Part shown: positions 1 through 12,545 of the stretch, one piece after another
Layout of the letters: each line of letters opens with the position of its first letter
How positions within the stretch are numbered: position 1 is the stretch's first letter
Origin: Antedon mediterranea
Taxonomy: Eukaryota > Animalia > Echinodermata
Reading direction: 5' to 3'
Assembly: GCF_964355755.1 (NCBI RefSeq)
Contig: NC_092671.1
Span: 3,534,001-3,598,000 of the forward strand
Length of the DNA stretch: 64,000 nucleotides
Notes under the pieces: generated by a model
Seen by the model: only the letters and a program-made list of their open reading frames with translations
Told to the model about the DNA's origin: nothing
Database searches by the model: none
Position numbers and translations under genes: made by a program

Positions 1-2129
1 ACCACAAAGTATTTTAACTCATTCCAAGAATTATTAATATGTTATAATAAATTACTTTTTAAAATAGAGAAAATTGAAAAAAATAGTACTCAGCCAACAT
101 TAAACAACAAATAGTCATTTATTTTATCATGGAGGATCAGATAAGAAAGTCATAAAATATAAATGATGGTTGTAAAAACATTAACTTAATTATCATAGAT
201 TGCGAGAGAGTATTACTTTAATTGGACTTAGTGTGAATTGATTGAGTCTTTGCAAAGATTTTGACGTGACGAATGTCTTGTATACCCAATTACAATGTAT
301 TGATCAGCATAATGTGTGTTTCTTTATACAGAATTCGTGTTGTGAATATTAGATTATTGTCTTGAAAGCCTTTTAATATGAATTTAATCGTGAAAATAAA
401 ACTACTAAAGAAATTTAGGAAGTGTGAGAATAAATTAAACTACATTTTTCAACAATTATCAGGGTTTAAATTCCGTTTTGGGGATTTAGAGGCAATCACT
501 TTTATTTTTGTTTCTATCTGTATTTGTTAACTTGGAATAGTATCGAAATAAATCAAATCAAATTATAATAATATTTATTTGATGCATTTGAATGAATCAT
601 CACCAGAAGTATGTGGGAATACAGAAGTCTAAAACAACTAGATGCCCAATCATAACGCAACAATTTGTCCTTCAGGTGAAAGATTAAAATTATTGTATTT
701 ATACAATAATTATCTGATTTGAATGTTGATAAGTAAATTTTTCTCGAGTTGAATCGGTTAAAGCCTCTTTTTACAGGCACAGTTTATAGGTTAAAGATGT
801 ATTGTACCCCTGAAAAATAATTGTTAACATTTTTGTTGTTGAATATGCCATTTTAATGTGGTCACATAATGAATTAATAGAAAAATTGTATTTATTGACC
901 TAAAATAACTTTAATGATATGCCATTCAATGGATTTGTGGTTGAATTTAACCATTTATCACTGTATTTTTGTGTGTTTTTTTTCTACGGAAGTGATTAGC
1001 TTTATTACTAAAACTACAAAATTCAAAGTCTGATTTAATTAATCTTCATTTTTCATATTTTTGAAGGACAATACATCTTTAATTATCGGTTAATTTTTAG
1101 CTACAGACACGTCACGGCCTATGAACGATCATAAGCAACAATAATTAATTGGGTCATTATTGGTCAACTTGATTTGTTTTCTTGTTGTAACCATGGACGT
1201 ATTTACCTCCATGTTGACACTAAAGCCCAAATAGGTTCTGCACTAACTCCATTACACTATACTGAGATTACTGTTTTTAGAGATACTGTACAACAAAAGC
1301 CTATACAATTATTTGATCTCTTTAAAATTTGGAATATCTTGGGAAGCCTCTGTACGAATTAGGTTAATAAATGTTATTATAAAATAAGTCGCATGAAGCT
1401 CTTTTTTTTTTTCAAGATATACTTCAGGGCCACTGTACTATTTATGATACCACTTCACTGAAACCCTTTCTTTTGTCTGCAATAAATTCATAATGAATGG
1501 ATGGATTTGGAGACTTAAAATGTGATTTTAAACTGGCATTATTTAAACTATAAATACTTTGACTGAATTGTGCACAGGTGTAGACAGGCATACCTAATAT
1601 TTTGACAATGATAAAAAGCGTCTTAATCTTGCTCATAACGTTCATTTGACAACTACCCTTTGTATTTTGTGAATAGCAATATATTCATCCTCAAACACAG
1701 TAAAATACATGGCTTGTTAAAAAAATTCTCATATAAATACAAAAATGAGGTTAAATTTAATCAAGGAATTGAAATTTGTTAAAATACATCGTTCAAAATA
1801 CAAGCAAAATTGGTGCGTTACTCAAATGAATATTTGTTTTATTTGCTATTAGACCGATTGTGAGAATATCTAAGTAGCTCATTACTCCCTCAAGAACATG
1901 CTTCCAAAAATATCCTCATAAACACTTCATTTGCTATAAACTATGTGTCATGATATTATTGCGATGCGGACGACTATTGTTAGTTAATGGCCTGACACAT
2001 CGCTGATCACGTTTTGACGCTTTGACAATAAAACTACATTGATAATAAACAAGCCTGTAAAGAATAAAGTACACTACACTAGTTCCTAATACCTTGGATG
2101 TTGCTCATGCATGTTGGGTAAAAATTATA

Positions 2130-2691
2130 CAATAAAACCTCTATTAAAGGGACACCTTTGGGACCCATCATTATACCTTTATCTTACCTTTGAAGTGCTA
2201 CCTCTACCTAAACAGGAGTTGGCCATAGTGTTAAATTGTACACAGTAGAACCTCTAACCTCTATTAAAGGGACACATTTGAGACCCATTATTGTACAATA
2301 CCTTTATCTTACCATTGAAGTGCTCCCTGGACAGGAGTTGGCCATATAAGTGTTAAAATATATACAGCAGAACCTCTATTAAAGGGACACATCAATGTAC
2401 CTTATCTTTAACTTTGAAGCATGTTTTAAAAAATATACAGTACAACCCATACTTTTTATCTCCTAATAAATGGACACTGCTTTCTCACAAAATAAACAAT
2501 ATATATTTAACACTATGGTCAACCCCTTTTCATTGGACATTTCGGTTGTTTTTTTACGGAATAGTGTCTCCTTAATAGGTGTCTCCTGTTTATATAGCTT
2601 ACCTATAGTGTTAACACATATATTTTCCTTTGTTTTTTTACTAGTATTCCCTTAATACTGTAAAAGTGTCCCCTTAATAGAGGTTTCCACG
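2130..2691. mobile_element. Tc1/mariner-pogo(Tigger)-like MITE with tandemly repeated left end
   Basis: CAGTAGAACCTCTATTAAAGGGACAC-like ends at 2130, 2243 and 2365 (~115-125-bp units). Inverted end GTGTCCCCTTAATAGAGGTTTCCAC at ~2666-2691. Confidence 0.7.
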
Positions 2692-3250
2692 AAAAGTGTA
2701 AAGTACAGTACTACAGTATTTTGAAAATGTAATTGAGGACAAGGATATCGGTTAAAGTTTTATTTACTTATTATTAAGTAAATATACTATGTGTTTACAA
2801 TTCAAAGTCGTATATTTTTATTGGCCATAAAAAGGACATAAATTTTGAAAATGCATTGTCTGTGATACATAAAAATTTTATTTCACAAAACATTTGAATA
2901 TGAAAAGAGCACTCGAATATATGAATAAAATGCAATGCTTTGGATAAAAAAGTATTTATTTCAGATTTTAAAGGATAATGAAGATAATTTTAATGAAAAT
3001 ATGTTTATTCCATGCTTCTTATAAACTTGATACAAATTATGGTATTATATAGCTTATGACGATTAAAGTAATACATTCAATATCAATCAATTAAGCAATC
3101 AAAATTAATTTATTCCATATAACTAAGGATATGTACACAAATGTCATATTATAATCATCATCAAATATCTTAAAATCTGAATATCTTATCTGAAGGATAG
3201 CATGTTAGCTAGACTGAATTAACAGTAAATCACAATTCTAGAATGTACCA

Positions 3251-3400
3251 CAGTAGAACCTCTAATAAGGGGACACCTGCAGGACTCAACAATATGTCCA
3301 CTTATAGAGGTGCCACCTGAATAGGGGTTGGCTGTAGTGAGTATTGCCCATTGCGCCTTATTCATTTCCAAGGGAATTGTCCTATTAATATGGAGTGTCC
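3251..3400. mobile_element. Tigger-like MITE copy, interrupted at its right TIR by MITE B
   Basis: CAGTAGAACCTCTAATAAGGGGACACC...GTGTCC|TAA. Confidence 0.65.
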
Positions 3401-3403
3401 TAA

Positions 3404-3715
3404 AGCTTGGTTCCCACTAGAATGAAGAGCAGGGCCGGAGCCACCAGTACGGTTGGTAGGGTTTCAACCTGACCACTTTTTCAAAGAGGCCTTTCACAAC
3501 ACTGTGGCTTACCAGAGATTCTTCTTTCTTGCAAAAACCGCACCGCTACATTTCGTGTGGCTACATTACTAAAGCGCAAGGATGTAAGCGCGACGCAAGT
3601 AATTGGACCAATTACAAGAGATACTTTATTCAAACTATTGCGTGCCATTGGTCAACTCGCTTGTGTTGCGCTTACAGTATATATCATTGCGTTGAGCCAT
3701 AGTGGCAACCAAGTT
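3404..3715. mobile_element. MITE family B (TIR AGCTTGGTTCCCACTA, TAA TSD), with a probable nested insertion at ~3430-3570
   Basis: TAA|AGCTTGGTTCCCACTAG...TAGTGGCAACCAAGTT|TAA. Core GACCAAT...ATTGGTCAACTCGC is shared with copies at 32010, 34040 and 59050. Confidence 0.75.
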
Positions 3716-3782
3716 TAAAGGAGAAGTTTTATTTAGTTTTGTTTTAAAGAATATAAAATGACAATTTTTTTTCTTCTTACAG

Positions 3783-3917
3783 TTATCTAAAAGAGGTCGG
3801 TATGAAAGGCTCAAACTGCCCATCAAAAAGTTCAAGTGGATTTCAGATTATCTACATTGATATTGTTGGTTTGAAACAGTTTAAGAAGTCTGCAGCGGCT
3901 CTCTGGCAACGCTTCAG
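3783..3917 (+). CDS. MGAT5: MGAT5 (alpha-1,6-mannosylglycoprotein 6-beta-N-acetylglucosaminyltransferase, GnT-V) internal exon; upstream exons not found in window
   Basis: ttacag acceptor, gtaaga donor. Encodes YLKEVGMKGSNCPSKSSSGFQIIYIDIVGLKQFKKSAAALWQRF, matching GnT-V 'IYIDIVGLAQFKK'. Phase-2 end joins the next exon. Confidence 0.93.
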
Positions 3918-4247
3918 GTAAGAATAATAAGTAAGACATTCAGCCAACACATGTAATATTTTAACATACATGAATCGAGAATCATGTATAAATTGTTCCA
4001 GTTACTGCAGTAACTACAATTTTTTACTGCAATAATATATGATTTGTTGATATGTAGATGAGGTATTAAACCGTGTGTAGGATTACCACCCTTCCAACCT
4101 CCGTTCCCCCCCCCCCCTTACCCAAAAAAACAAACTTGCAAAATACAGTATTGATACAAAATGTCTTTACTGCTGTAAAGGGATGGATCTAGGATTTTCA
4201 AATGGGAGAGCTGTGCTATAATTATATTAATATTTATTCAATAATAG

Positions 4248-4742
4248 CAAAGAACTTATAACACAAGAATCTCCTGTTCTTCAATTTGCATTCAAAACAC
4301 AGTATTGGAAGTACAGGGTTAAAAGGTCAAACTGGGCGACGCCATTTCACAGCATGGAGCAGCGCCCCCTCCAAACTAGGAAGTCAATTACTCTACCCCC
4401 CTAGAGTATTAGCAGATCCCCTCTATGATTTTGACTTTCTAATTTGATGCGGGCGCCCTACTCCTCAGTCAATTACTCTATCCCCCCTAGAGTATTAGCA
4501 GATCCACTCTATGATTTTGACTTTCTAATTTGATGCGGGCGCCCTACTCCTCAGTCAATTACTCTATCCCCCCTAGAGCATTAGCAGATCCCCTCTATGA
4601 TTTTGACTTTCTAATTTGATGCGGGCGCCCTACTCCATGGCTCACAATGGCGCCACCCATAGCTCTATTCTATCCCACAATGCCTTTCGAAATTGTTACG
4701 AGCTTCGGACGAACAGGAGATTCTTGTGTTATAAGTTCTTTG
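4248..4742. mobile_element. Non-autonomous DNA transposon, P-element-like
   Basis: Perfect 32-bp TIRs CAAAGAACTTATAACACAAGAATCTCCTGTTC. 7-bp TSD ATAATAG (4241-4247 and 4743-4749). CA...TG ends. Confidence 0.85.
4382..4636. repeat. ~86-bp tandem repeat x3 inside the P-like element
   Basis: Near-identical units start at 4382, 4467 and 4553 (AGTCAATTACTCTA...GGGCGCCCTACTCC). Confidence 0.95.
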
Positions 4743-4851
4743 ATAATAGCTATCATAGTTTATAATTTCACATTATAGCTGTCAAAAGGGGCAGTGAAAC
4801 CCCCTGTGGATCTGACCCTGCAGTAACTGAATAATTTTGTCAGATCTCTAA

Positions 4852-5056
4852 AGCTCTGTCTACACTATAAAACATTTATTGTACATCCAACAGTGTAAAC
4901 ACCAATTACAGGATGAAAGTTTATGTGACAAAAAAAATGTGATGTGCCCATATATTGACACGATGTCATATCACTACCATATTTTGGCACATCACTACCA
5001 TATTTTGCCTCAGCATGCTTTTTTTCTCAAACTAGTTTGATAGTATAGACAGAGCT
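4852..5056. mobile_element. MITE family A copy (TIR AGCTCTGTCTACACTATCAAAC; PIF/Harbinger-like), with ~50-bp insertion
   Basis: TIRs at both ends and internal 21-nt CACTACCATATTTGGGCATAT-type repeats. The family has TAA/TTA flanks. Confidence 0.85.
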
Positions 5057-6416
5057 TTTAGGGAAATCTTTAAAATATTGGAATCCTAAAAAATCACTTT
5101 TCCACCTTAACTTTTTTATCTTGGAAATCTCAAATTTATTTGACTAATCTACAATATATTCTGACAAAAGGTGATACATATTCTAATTCTCATCTTGTTT
5201 TTGGGTTAAAATGCTGTTAAAATACGATATATTCACAAAATATGAACATTAATACCTAAGCCAATTTAGCTAAAGTTTATGCATTTAGGATAATGAATGC
5301 CTTGAGAATAATAAAAATAATATTTCAACATTATTTTGAAAGATCATTTCCTTTCTTCATTAGTCGTGGAATTCAGCCAGAATGAGCATTGATTTAATGC
5401 CCATTTTCATGAACCGCATTAACGCTAGGCCGTCAAGCGTAATATTAATTTTTATACTTTAGGCTTTTGATTAATTATCGTGGAGCAATCTTAACACTGA
5501 TTGAATGCATAGATCAATGTATGTATTCAAAGAAAAGTAAATGCTTAAACAAAATTCATTGAGGCAATTCTTCCGCTCCATAATGGAGTCACAACGCTGT
5601 TCCTTTTAATCACTATTTTAAAATAATTATTGCAAACATACTATCATTTAAAGTTTACAATTTGTTTTACAAAACGACATTTATTTTGATCTTTAAAATC
5701 CAAAAAAAGTCTTTGGCAGCTAGTCTATCATTATATGTGTTGCAAAAATCTTGTCTTTTCCAATTTCCTTTTCGCATCCAAATCTATGGTGTATGGCCTT
5801 TTTTCGTAGAAGTTTGCCCATCAATTGTGTGTTATGGTACAATAGCCTGAGTGAGTGATGGTTATTAAAATAAACTCGCATGAAAATAACAAGTAAATTA
5901 ATATGAGTAGATGTTAAAGTCATTGATGAGGTAGATGAACGTGATGTGCTCAGACAAATTAAGAAATATGAAAAAGATTTGTTGCCCATTAAATGATGAA
6001 TATACAGATCATTCTGGTAGACGCTATCCTTTTAAATGTAAAACAACTCAATGTAAAAAATCATATGTTTAAAACTCAATACATCTATCAAATTCTTCAT
6101 TTCAAATATAATTAAATTTTTATTTTGTTTATGGATATGGTAAACCGTGATTTTTATGGTTTCTGTTGTTGTGAATGTACCATACATATGACATTAATTG
6201 TGTTTTTAAAGATATTTAAGATATTAAATTTTATGTTTGCCTACTGTCTGTGGTCATGACAATATTCAAGAATTATCGTACTTAAAATTTAAAAGAACAA
6301 ACAAACAAACAAATAAAATATTATTATAGTAGGTACTCAAATTTTGTTAACAAAAATATAGCTAACTATTTATGTGTCTAAATTTATGTGTTTTCTATAT
6401 TTTTTATTGGTTTTAG

Positions 6417-6550
6417 TTGTATGTTCCGGGTGATTGACTCGTTTGGCACAGAGCCAGCATTCAACCTTGCCACTTATATGAAGAAGAAAAGTATCAAGTC
6501 TGTGTGGGGCAAGTGGGGTCTTAAACCAAAGCAGTTCTTTACTATGTTTC
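6417..6550 (+). CDS. MGAT5: MGAT5 exon
   Basis: ttttag/gtaagt boundaries. Encodes CMFRVIDSFGTEPAFNLATYMKKKSIKSVWGKWGLKPKQFFTMF(P), matching 'CMLRVLDSFGTEPEFN...WGKWNLNPQQFYTMFP'. Confidence 0.96.
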
Positions 6551-6579
6551 GTAAGTATTAAATAGAAAAGGCTCTATTA

Positions 6580-6798
6580 AGCTCCAATCTCTCAGACTCC
6601 CAGTTTGTAGGTAAATTTATGCGCCCTTGGTTTAACACAAGTAGGTAAATTTATGGGCCCTTGGAGAATAAAAATAAATACTTTGACAATATTGTAAATA
6701 CTGTGATGTGCCCAAATATGGTACATGACATCATCATGTCCATATTTAGGCACATCACATTTTGTTGTCACATAAAGTTTGATAGTGTAGACAGAGCT
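6580..6798. mobile_element. MITE family A copy whose left part is replaced by a copy of 8408-8529
   Basis: TTA|AGCTC, then 122 bp matching 8408-8529, then the normal MITE body and right TIR|TAA. Confidence 0.85.
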
Positions 6799-7161
6799 TA
6801 AGAAAATAATTTTTTTTTTGTCTTACGTGGGTTCATCCCACTTTTATTTCCATAAATACATAATATAATAATTTTTATAATTTATTTTTTAATTATCTTT
6901 TAACACTTAACTTGTGTTTGTTTGTTTACAGTTAACCATATTGTGTTTAGAGTATTTACCAACTAAATACATAATTTATTTTTCAACTAAATACATACTT
7001 TATGTTCCACATACATTTCTACTAATGTTATTCCATTTACATATTTTATAGCATAAACATAATTTGACTTATATTAAACATTTTTTTAAAATAATATTTA
7101 AAAAAAGAAGAAAATAATTGACTAAACTACAATTCGCTAATGCAAATGCTTTCCGTCGAGC

Positions 7162-7234
7162 CATCTGTGTAGTCGAATAGATTAGATTATGGACTTTGCA
7201 TGTGGATGTATGGGATTCGAATCCTATGAACATC
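7162..7234 (+). pseudogene. tRNA-like decayed sequence (SINE head or pseudo-tRNA)
   Basis: TAGTCGAATAG A-box-like, GGACTTTG anticodon-arm-like and GATTCGAATCC B-box-like motifs; stems broken. Confidence 0.4.
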
Positions 7235-7388
7235 TTCTTTTACTTTATAGTAAGATTGAGATTATTTAGAGGGTTAGGTTTAGTTATGCTTTGGAAGTAA
7301 TTCGAAGTCCCCAACTTATGTAGGAAAAAAAAAAGCACCCAGGATAATCATGAAGACATGAGTACATACATTTACTGTACCTTCCTAA

Positions 7389-7536
7389 ATATCTGCCTAC
7401 ACTATCAAACTTTATGTGACAAAAAATGTGATGTGCCCATATATGTCATATCACTACCATATTTGGGGATATGACTACCATATTTGGGCACATCACACTT
7501 TTTTTCTCAAACTAGTTTGATAGTGTAGACAGAGCT
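7389..7536. mobile_element. MITE family A copy
   Basis: TIRs (left one degenerate), TAA on both sides. Confidence 0.85.
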
Positions 7537-9205
7537 TAATAGTGATTACAATTTTATATGAATTATCTTCATGATAAAGTATACGGTTGAGATTTATTTT
7601 GTATCTATGAAGTAGAATTACTTTAATAATGTTATTATTGTTAATAGCATGACCGTGCAGACATTAATTATTAAACATAATAAAGGCAGACATAGTTAAT
7701 TGTGTGGAATTGTCAAACTGAAATTTCTTTAGGGAATTTGAACTTTATTCATTACTTGTCTCCTTATATTCATCTTGATAATTTCTAACTTATTAATACT
7801 ATATTCTTTATATTACACTGTAAAGCCCATTGTGACTTTCGCTATTGAATAATGATCACAAAAATTAGGGGCGCATAAATATCGCATTAAAAGGTTCCAA
7901 AATCCGTAAAAGTTTTCTTATGAATAGTATATAAAGTACATACTATAAATCTATATATAAATTTACGTAAGGGTAAAATTCGGTAAATCGCGCGTTATTT
8001 CTAGAATGTTTACTTGATGGTATATAAAGTTGGTTAGAATCTCGGTACTGATTTTAACCACCTGATGTAACCCTGTTTACTAATTAAATTTAGTTAGATA
8101 ATTAGTTATTGACAATTAAAACAAAATTAGGTTCAACGATTTGCCCCAAATAGGGTTGTTTTCCGATCGTGGTATACACTGTCTAATGGATGTCCTCATG
8201 AAAAATACCTGCACACAATAATATGAGGATACTTCGCATTTTCCTATCTCCTCCTACGATAATTGTTTTTAATAACTGAAAACCGGTTGAACAGCTCGAG
8301 TACAGTATCATAATGTTGAAGACAGGCCGATTTTCTTTTAAAAATACTATTTTGATAGATTTAATATATGTTTATACAAATGTATTGATTTGCGATGAAT
8401 GGAACATTCCAATCTCTCAGACTCACAGTTTGTAGGTAAATTTATGCGCCCTTGGTTAAACACAAGTAGGTAAATTTATGGGCCCTTGGAGAATAAAAAT
8501 AAATACTTTGAAAATATTGTAAATACTGTACATATTAACTATTTTTGATCGCCATTTGAATCAAAATTGTCTTACTGTGAATATATAAACAAAAAATACA
8601 AAGAACATTTATTATTGTGACTGTGACAGTTGCTTCTCAACATTTGTATTAATTAATAATTACAAATAATATAAACGTCATAGTGGTGTATCGTTACATG
8701 TACTTTACTATTTCAATCGACTATAACATTAACAGGGACAGTTTTAAAAAAGTATTCTAAAACATAAATGTTTTGCCTAAAAAACATTGAAAACAATATT
8801 TCGTTACTGAGTGGATAAAGAATATAATTATTTAAAAACTTTTCCCATCCTCTTCCCCATCCCTCAACTGTAATGTTATATACAAAACAGATACAAAATT
8901 TGGACTCATTTTTAAGACAAGGCCTAATTCTCAGGGTGCTAATTTTACATAAATCATCGTGTCTAATTATTTGTTTCTGTAAACGACAATGTACTATAGT
9001 CCTGCGATACGTACATTTTTTACCCTGAAATTACTGTGTATTCGAGAAACAGCTGTGGACACGACCTAGATGGTACAAATTTGTCAATTATAACTTTATG
9101 GTTTATACCTGCTTTTTGTTTTACAATTCCTGGTTCAAATCCAGATTACAGAATTCAATGTTTATTAATATAAATTATCCTAATTTTTAATGGGTTTTTT
9201 TTCAG

Positions 9206-9330
9206 CCCACACACCTGATAATTCATTCATGGGATTTGTTGTTGACCAGGCTCCGAGTCAGTCATCCAAATCACCAGTTCGTAAAACCAACGATGCTCTC
9301 GTGTACGGAAAGAAGGCAAACATGTGGGCC
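9206..9330 (+). CDS. MGAT5: MGAT5 exon
   Basis: tttcag/gtaagt boundaries. Encodes (P)HTPDNSFMGFVVDQ...ALVYGKKANMWA. Confidence 0.96.
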
Positions 9331-10112
9331 GTAAGTATCAATCAATTGATTTACACATGATTGGCGTTCTCATTAAAATGTCTGATGCATATTATTACGC
9401 ACGATTGACGTTTGTAATGTCAATTTTTTTTTGATTTTTCTGAAAATAATTTCAAATTTTTATAATATAAGATTTGTAAAACCAATTGTTAATTTTGTAG
9501 AATAAAAAAGCGTGTTGGCCTTTAACAGTTGATTTAAATACAAGACAGACATCTCAATATAATAAAATCGCTGTCTGGGAATGTATGTACAGTAGTGTCT
9601 AATAATCTTCTATCATCTCATCTTGAGTTATTATGATATAGCTTGATGCATTCAGTTTTAAATGGATATGGATATAATAAAGCACAAGATTACAGTGATA
9701 GGTGTAATAGATTATATAACATGTTGTGATGACTGCTATGGTGATGACGGAAAACATTAGCATTTTAAAGGATACCATACAAAATGTTTATGCATTATAA
9801 TAATCACTACTTCCCTTTGATACATTCATGTCAGATTGAAATAAGATGATACATCTGGGTTGATGTGTTATTGAATATATTTAACTCCCCTGTATGGAAA
9901 AATATTAAAGAAAATAAGAATTGTTGTATTCACGAAAATTTTATGTTTTTCATTGTTTAGCTAATTTTAGGCATGTCTGTCACAAGCTTTTTGCTTTTTT
10001 TGAACATGCCTTCTTCAGTTTAATTTCCTTTCTTTACACCATTTTGTATACTGTTTTAATTTGAAGAAAATAAATGTTACTTTGATTGATTGATTGATAT
10101 CTATAATGTTTC

Positions 10113-10330
10113 CAGTATCAATCATAGGAAAATGCTTTAATACAGTCTCACATATGTATCATATGTGATGCCTGTATCATAGGCCAACCTAACATAAACA
10201 TATTAAAAACAGGTGTCACATGTGATATATACAAATTAATTTGGACAGATAGTGCCATTTAGGGATTCAGAGAATTGAGTATATTGTTTATATATTATGT
10301 ATGAAGATTCTGTAGTATGTGATGATAGTC
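10113..10330. mobile_element. Palindromic MITE family C (CAGTATCATAGG...CCTATGATACTG)
   Basis: Shares TCACATGTGA and CCTGTATCAT internal motifs with copies at 23482, 30764, ~37055, 52743, 60100 and ~62440. Confidence 0.6.
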
Positions 10331-10350
10331 AGTATTTTTTATTATTTTAG

Positions 10351-10509
10351 GATGCTCACGAATACATAGATACAATACATTCCAAGTTTAATATTCACGG
10401 GACAGTGTTTCGAAATTTGTCTGAGCAGAAGCAGTACTTGCCTAGTTACGTTATTAATCATGGAATTGTTTCTGGTCAGTCTATTCAGCAGCTCCTAAGA
10501 GAGACTAAG
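10351..10509 (+). CDS. MGAT5: MGAT5 exon
   Basis: ttttag/gtatga boundaries. Encodes DAHEYIDTIHSKFNIHGTV...LPSYVINHGIVSGQSIQQLLRETK. Confidence 0.95.
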
Positions 10510-12010
10510 GTATGATTTTATTGTTGAAAAGTTTCAAAATGATGTCATAAACTTTGCTCCGTCTATCGGACCGAATGTTAAATAGACCAAATACATTCTT
10601 AATAATGTACGGAACTGGGTGCTTATACGCATGTGCAGATTAATATTTTGCATAAATTACTGTATCCTTTCATCACTGCCCGCTTTCATCTACTGTTCTC
10701 TTTCATCTACCACCCCCTTTCATCTACCGTCCTGATGCGTAAAATTCCTAGTGTCCCATGGATTGCTGTCAGAAGACGTGGCGCCACTGCAGGATTTTTG
10801 ACCATCATTAAATGCGATATCGCTTGAAGTGTATTGGGAAGATTTTTTTATCGGCATCATATTAGTGTAGCTTTCAAATAACTAATTATAATTATATTAC
10901 TGTAATGTGTTTCCTTGTTGACAATACTAAATGATATCTGAAGTAGATATGGTATATAATAATAATATCTGATGTAATACAAATAAAAATTAATCAATTA
11001 GATAAAAATTAAGAGGCCAATCAAAAATCAAGTTTAGTTTCTCTAAAGGCCAAAACTCGATAAGCGAAAGCTATTTTTTTTTTGTCTTTGTCTTAAGTTT
11101 TGATTTTATGTATGTGGGAAAGAACAAAAAAAAAGAAAAGACAATGAAGATTATTATTATTACTCGTTTTACAGAAATCATTGTTAAGTGTTTTTATACA
11201 TTATGTCATTGACAAGTACAAATTCAAAGTACAAACACCTCAGGCTATGTAAGATTTATCTATGATCATATAACTGAGATTTTATAGACAAATTCATATA
11301 GATTAGTTTACACGAACGCGTTAACAAACGATTATATAACACCTTGTGTCATAGTTCACACATGGGTGAGTCAAGGCACTTACCGAAGTTCGCACGGCAT
11401 GTGTAGTTATAGATTACAAACCTACCTAATAGATAAATTAATATTGAATATAATTTAACCAATTTGACACCTTAGATCTATGCAAATTTTTTGTCAACCT
11501 CACATTAACACCATTTTTAATGAAACAGCTCCTTAAGGATGACTTTTTAGATTCATTTTTTGAACTAATGAACTAATAATTTTGATAAAATCACACTTTT
11601 TTTTTTTGTAATTTTCTTTTGTGATTTCAGTTCTTTAAAATTAATGTATGAATTTGGAAGATAAATTTCCATAAACCCTTTCAAAACCTGAACATTCATT
11701 AATATGTAATGAATTCTAAATACCAAACTTATTTTTTCGATTTTAGGAAAGTTGATTGTAGTTTGTAATAATGTAGAGGGGAGAGCGTTTGTACATTTGT
11801 ACAGATGTTTTCTATATTGTATGCATGCATACACATAGGGTATAATAATGTCCATAATCTTACTGGAAAAATATGTTAAACTACTTATGTGTCACTTTCC
11901 TAGTAACTTATAAAGGTTTTCAAAAAATGATATCAAAGACTTCTATTATGTAAGGCATCTTAACATAAAGAAACCCACAAATATCTCATCTAATTTGTTT
12001 TGATTTCCAG

Positions 12011-12157
12011 CTATTTGTAGGGCTTGGATTTCCATACGATGGACCAGCTCCATTGGAGGCTATTGCAAATGGTTGCGTGTTCCTAAATCCAATGTTTAAA
12101 CCACCCAAGAATTCGAAGAATACAAAGTTCTTCAAAGATAAACCAACCACAAGAGAG
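12011..12157 (+). CDS. MGAT5: MGAT5 exon
   Basis: ttccag/gtacag boundaries. Encodes LFVGLGFPYDGPAPLEAIANGCVFLNPMFKPPKNSKNTKFFKDKPTTRE. Confidence 0.97.
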
Positions 12158-12334
12158 GTACAGTATCACTTATTTTTTTTAATTAATTTTATAATGCGCT
12201 TTTTTTTATAGTAACTTCATCTAAAAATGTAGTGGACTGAAATATCATATATTTATCTACCTTATAATTATAGAGAGATGTTTTTTCCCAGTTCATTAAT
12301 TGGTCCAACCAAGCATCAATTTATTTATCTATAA

Positions 12335-12497
12335 ATCTCTGTCTACATTATCAAATTAGTTTGACAAAAAAGTTGTGTCAGTTGCCCAAATATGGTAGTT
12401 ATATGCCCAAATATGGTAGTGATATTCCCAAGTATGGTAGTGATATGGGCACATCACATTTTTTTGTCTCATAAAGTTTGATAGTGTAGACAGAGCT
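12335..12497. mobile_element. MITE family A copy
   Basis: TIRs, TAA TSD and three internal 21-nt repeats. Ends 48 bp before an MGAT5 exon. Confidence 0.88.
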
Positions 12498-12545
12498 TAA
12501 ACCATTTATTCCATGTTGTTTATTTTACATTTGTTTCTTCTCCAG

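Noticed and set aside
130-1380. Highly decayed LINE reverse-transcriptase-like fragments (GFRG-, GVII-like words); similar hints at 5300-6100 on the minus strand
   Set aside because: Only isolated short motifs broken by stops and frameshifts; cannot be supported without blastx.
4345-4370. REST/NRSE- or CTCF-like motif TTCACAGCATGGAGCAGCGCCCCCT
   Set aside because: Partial match only, and explained as one arm of the internal inverted repeat of the P-like element.
7162-7234. Functional tRNA gene
   Set aside because: The A and B boxes are mutated and the cloverleaf stems do not pair; kept only as a decayed tRNA-like sequence.
7868-8452. Inverted repeat GGGCGCATAAAT / ATTTATGCGCCC as transposon ends
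   Set aside because: Only 12 bp, with no TSD seen; may be the remnant of an element but cannot be delimited.
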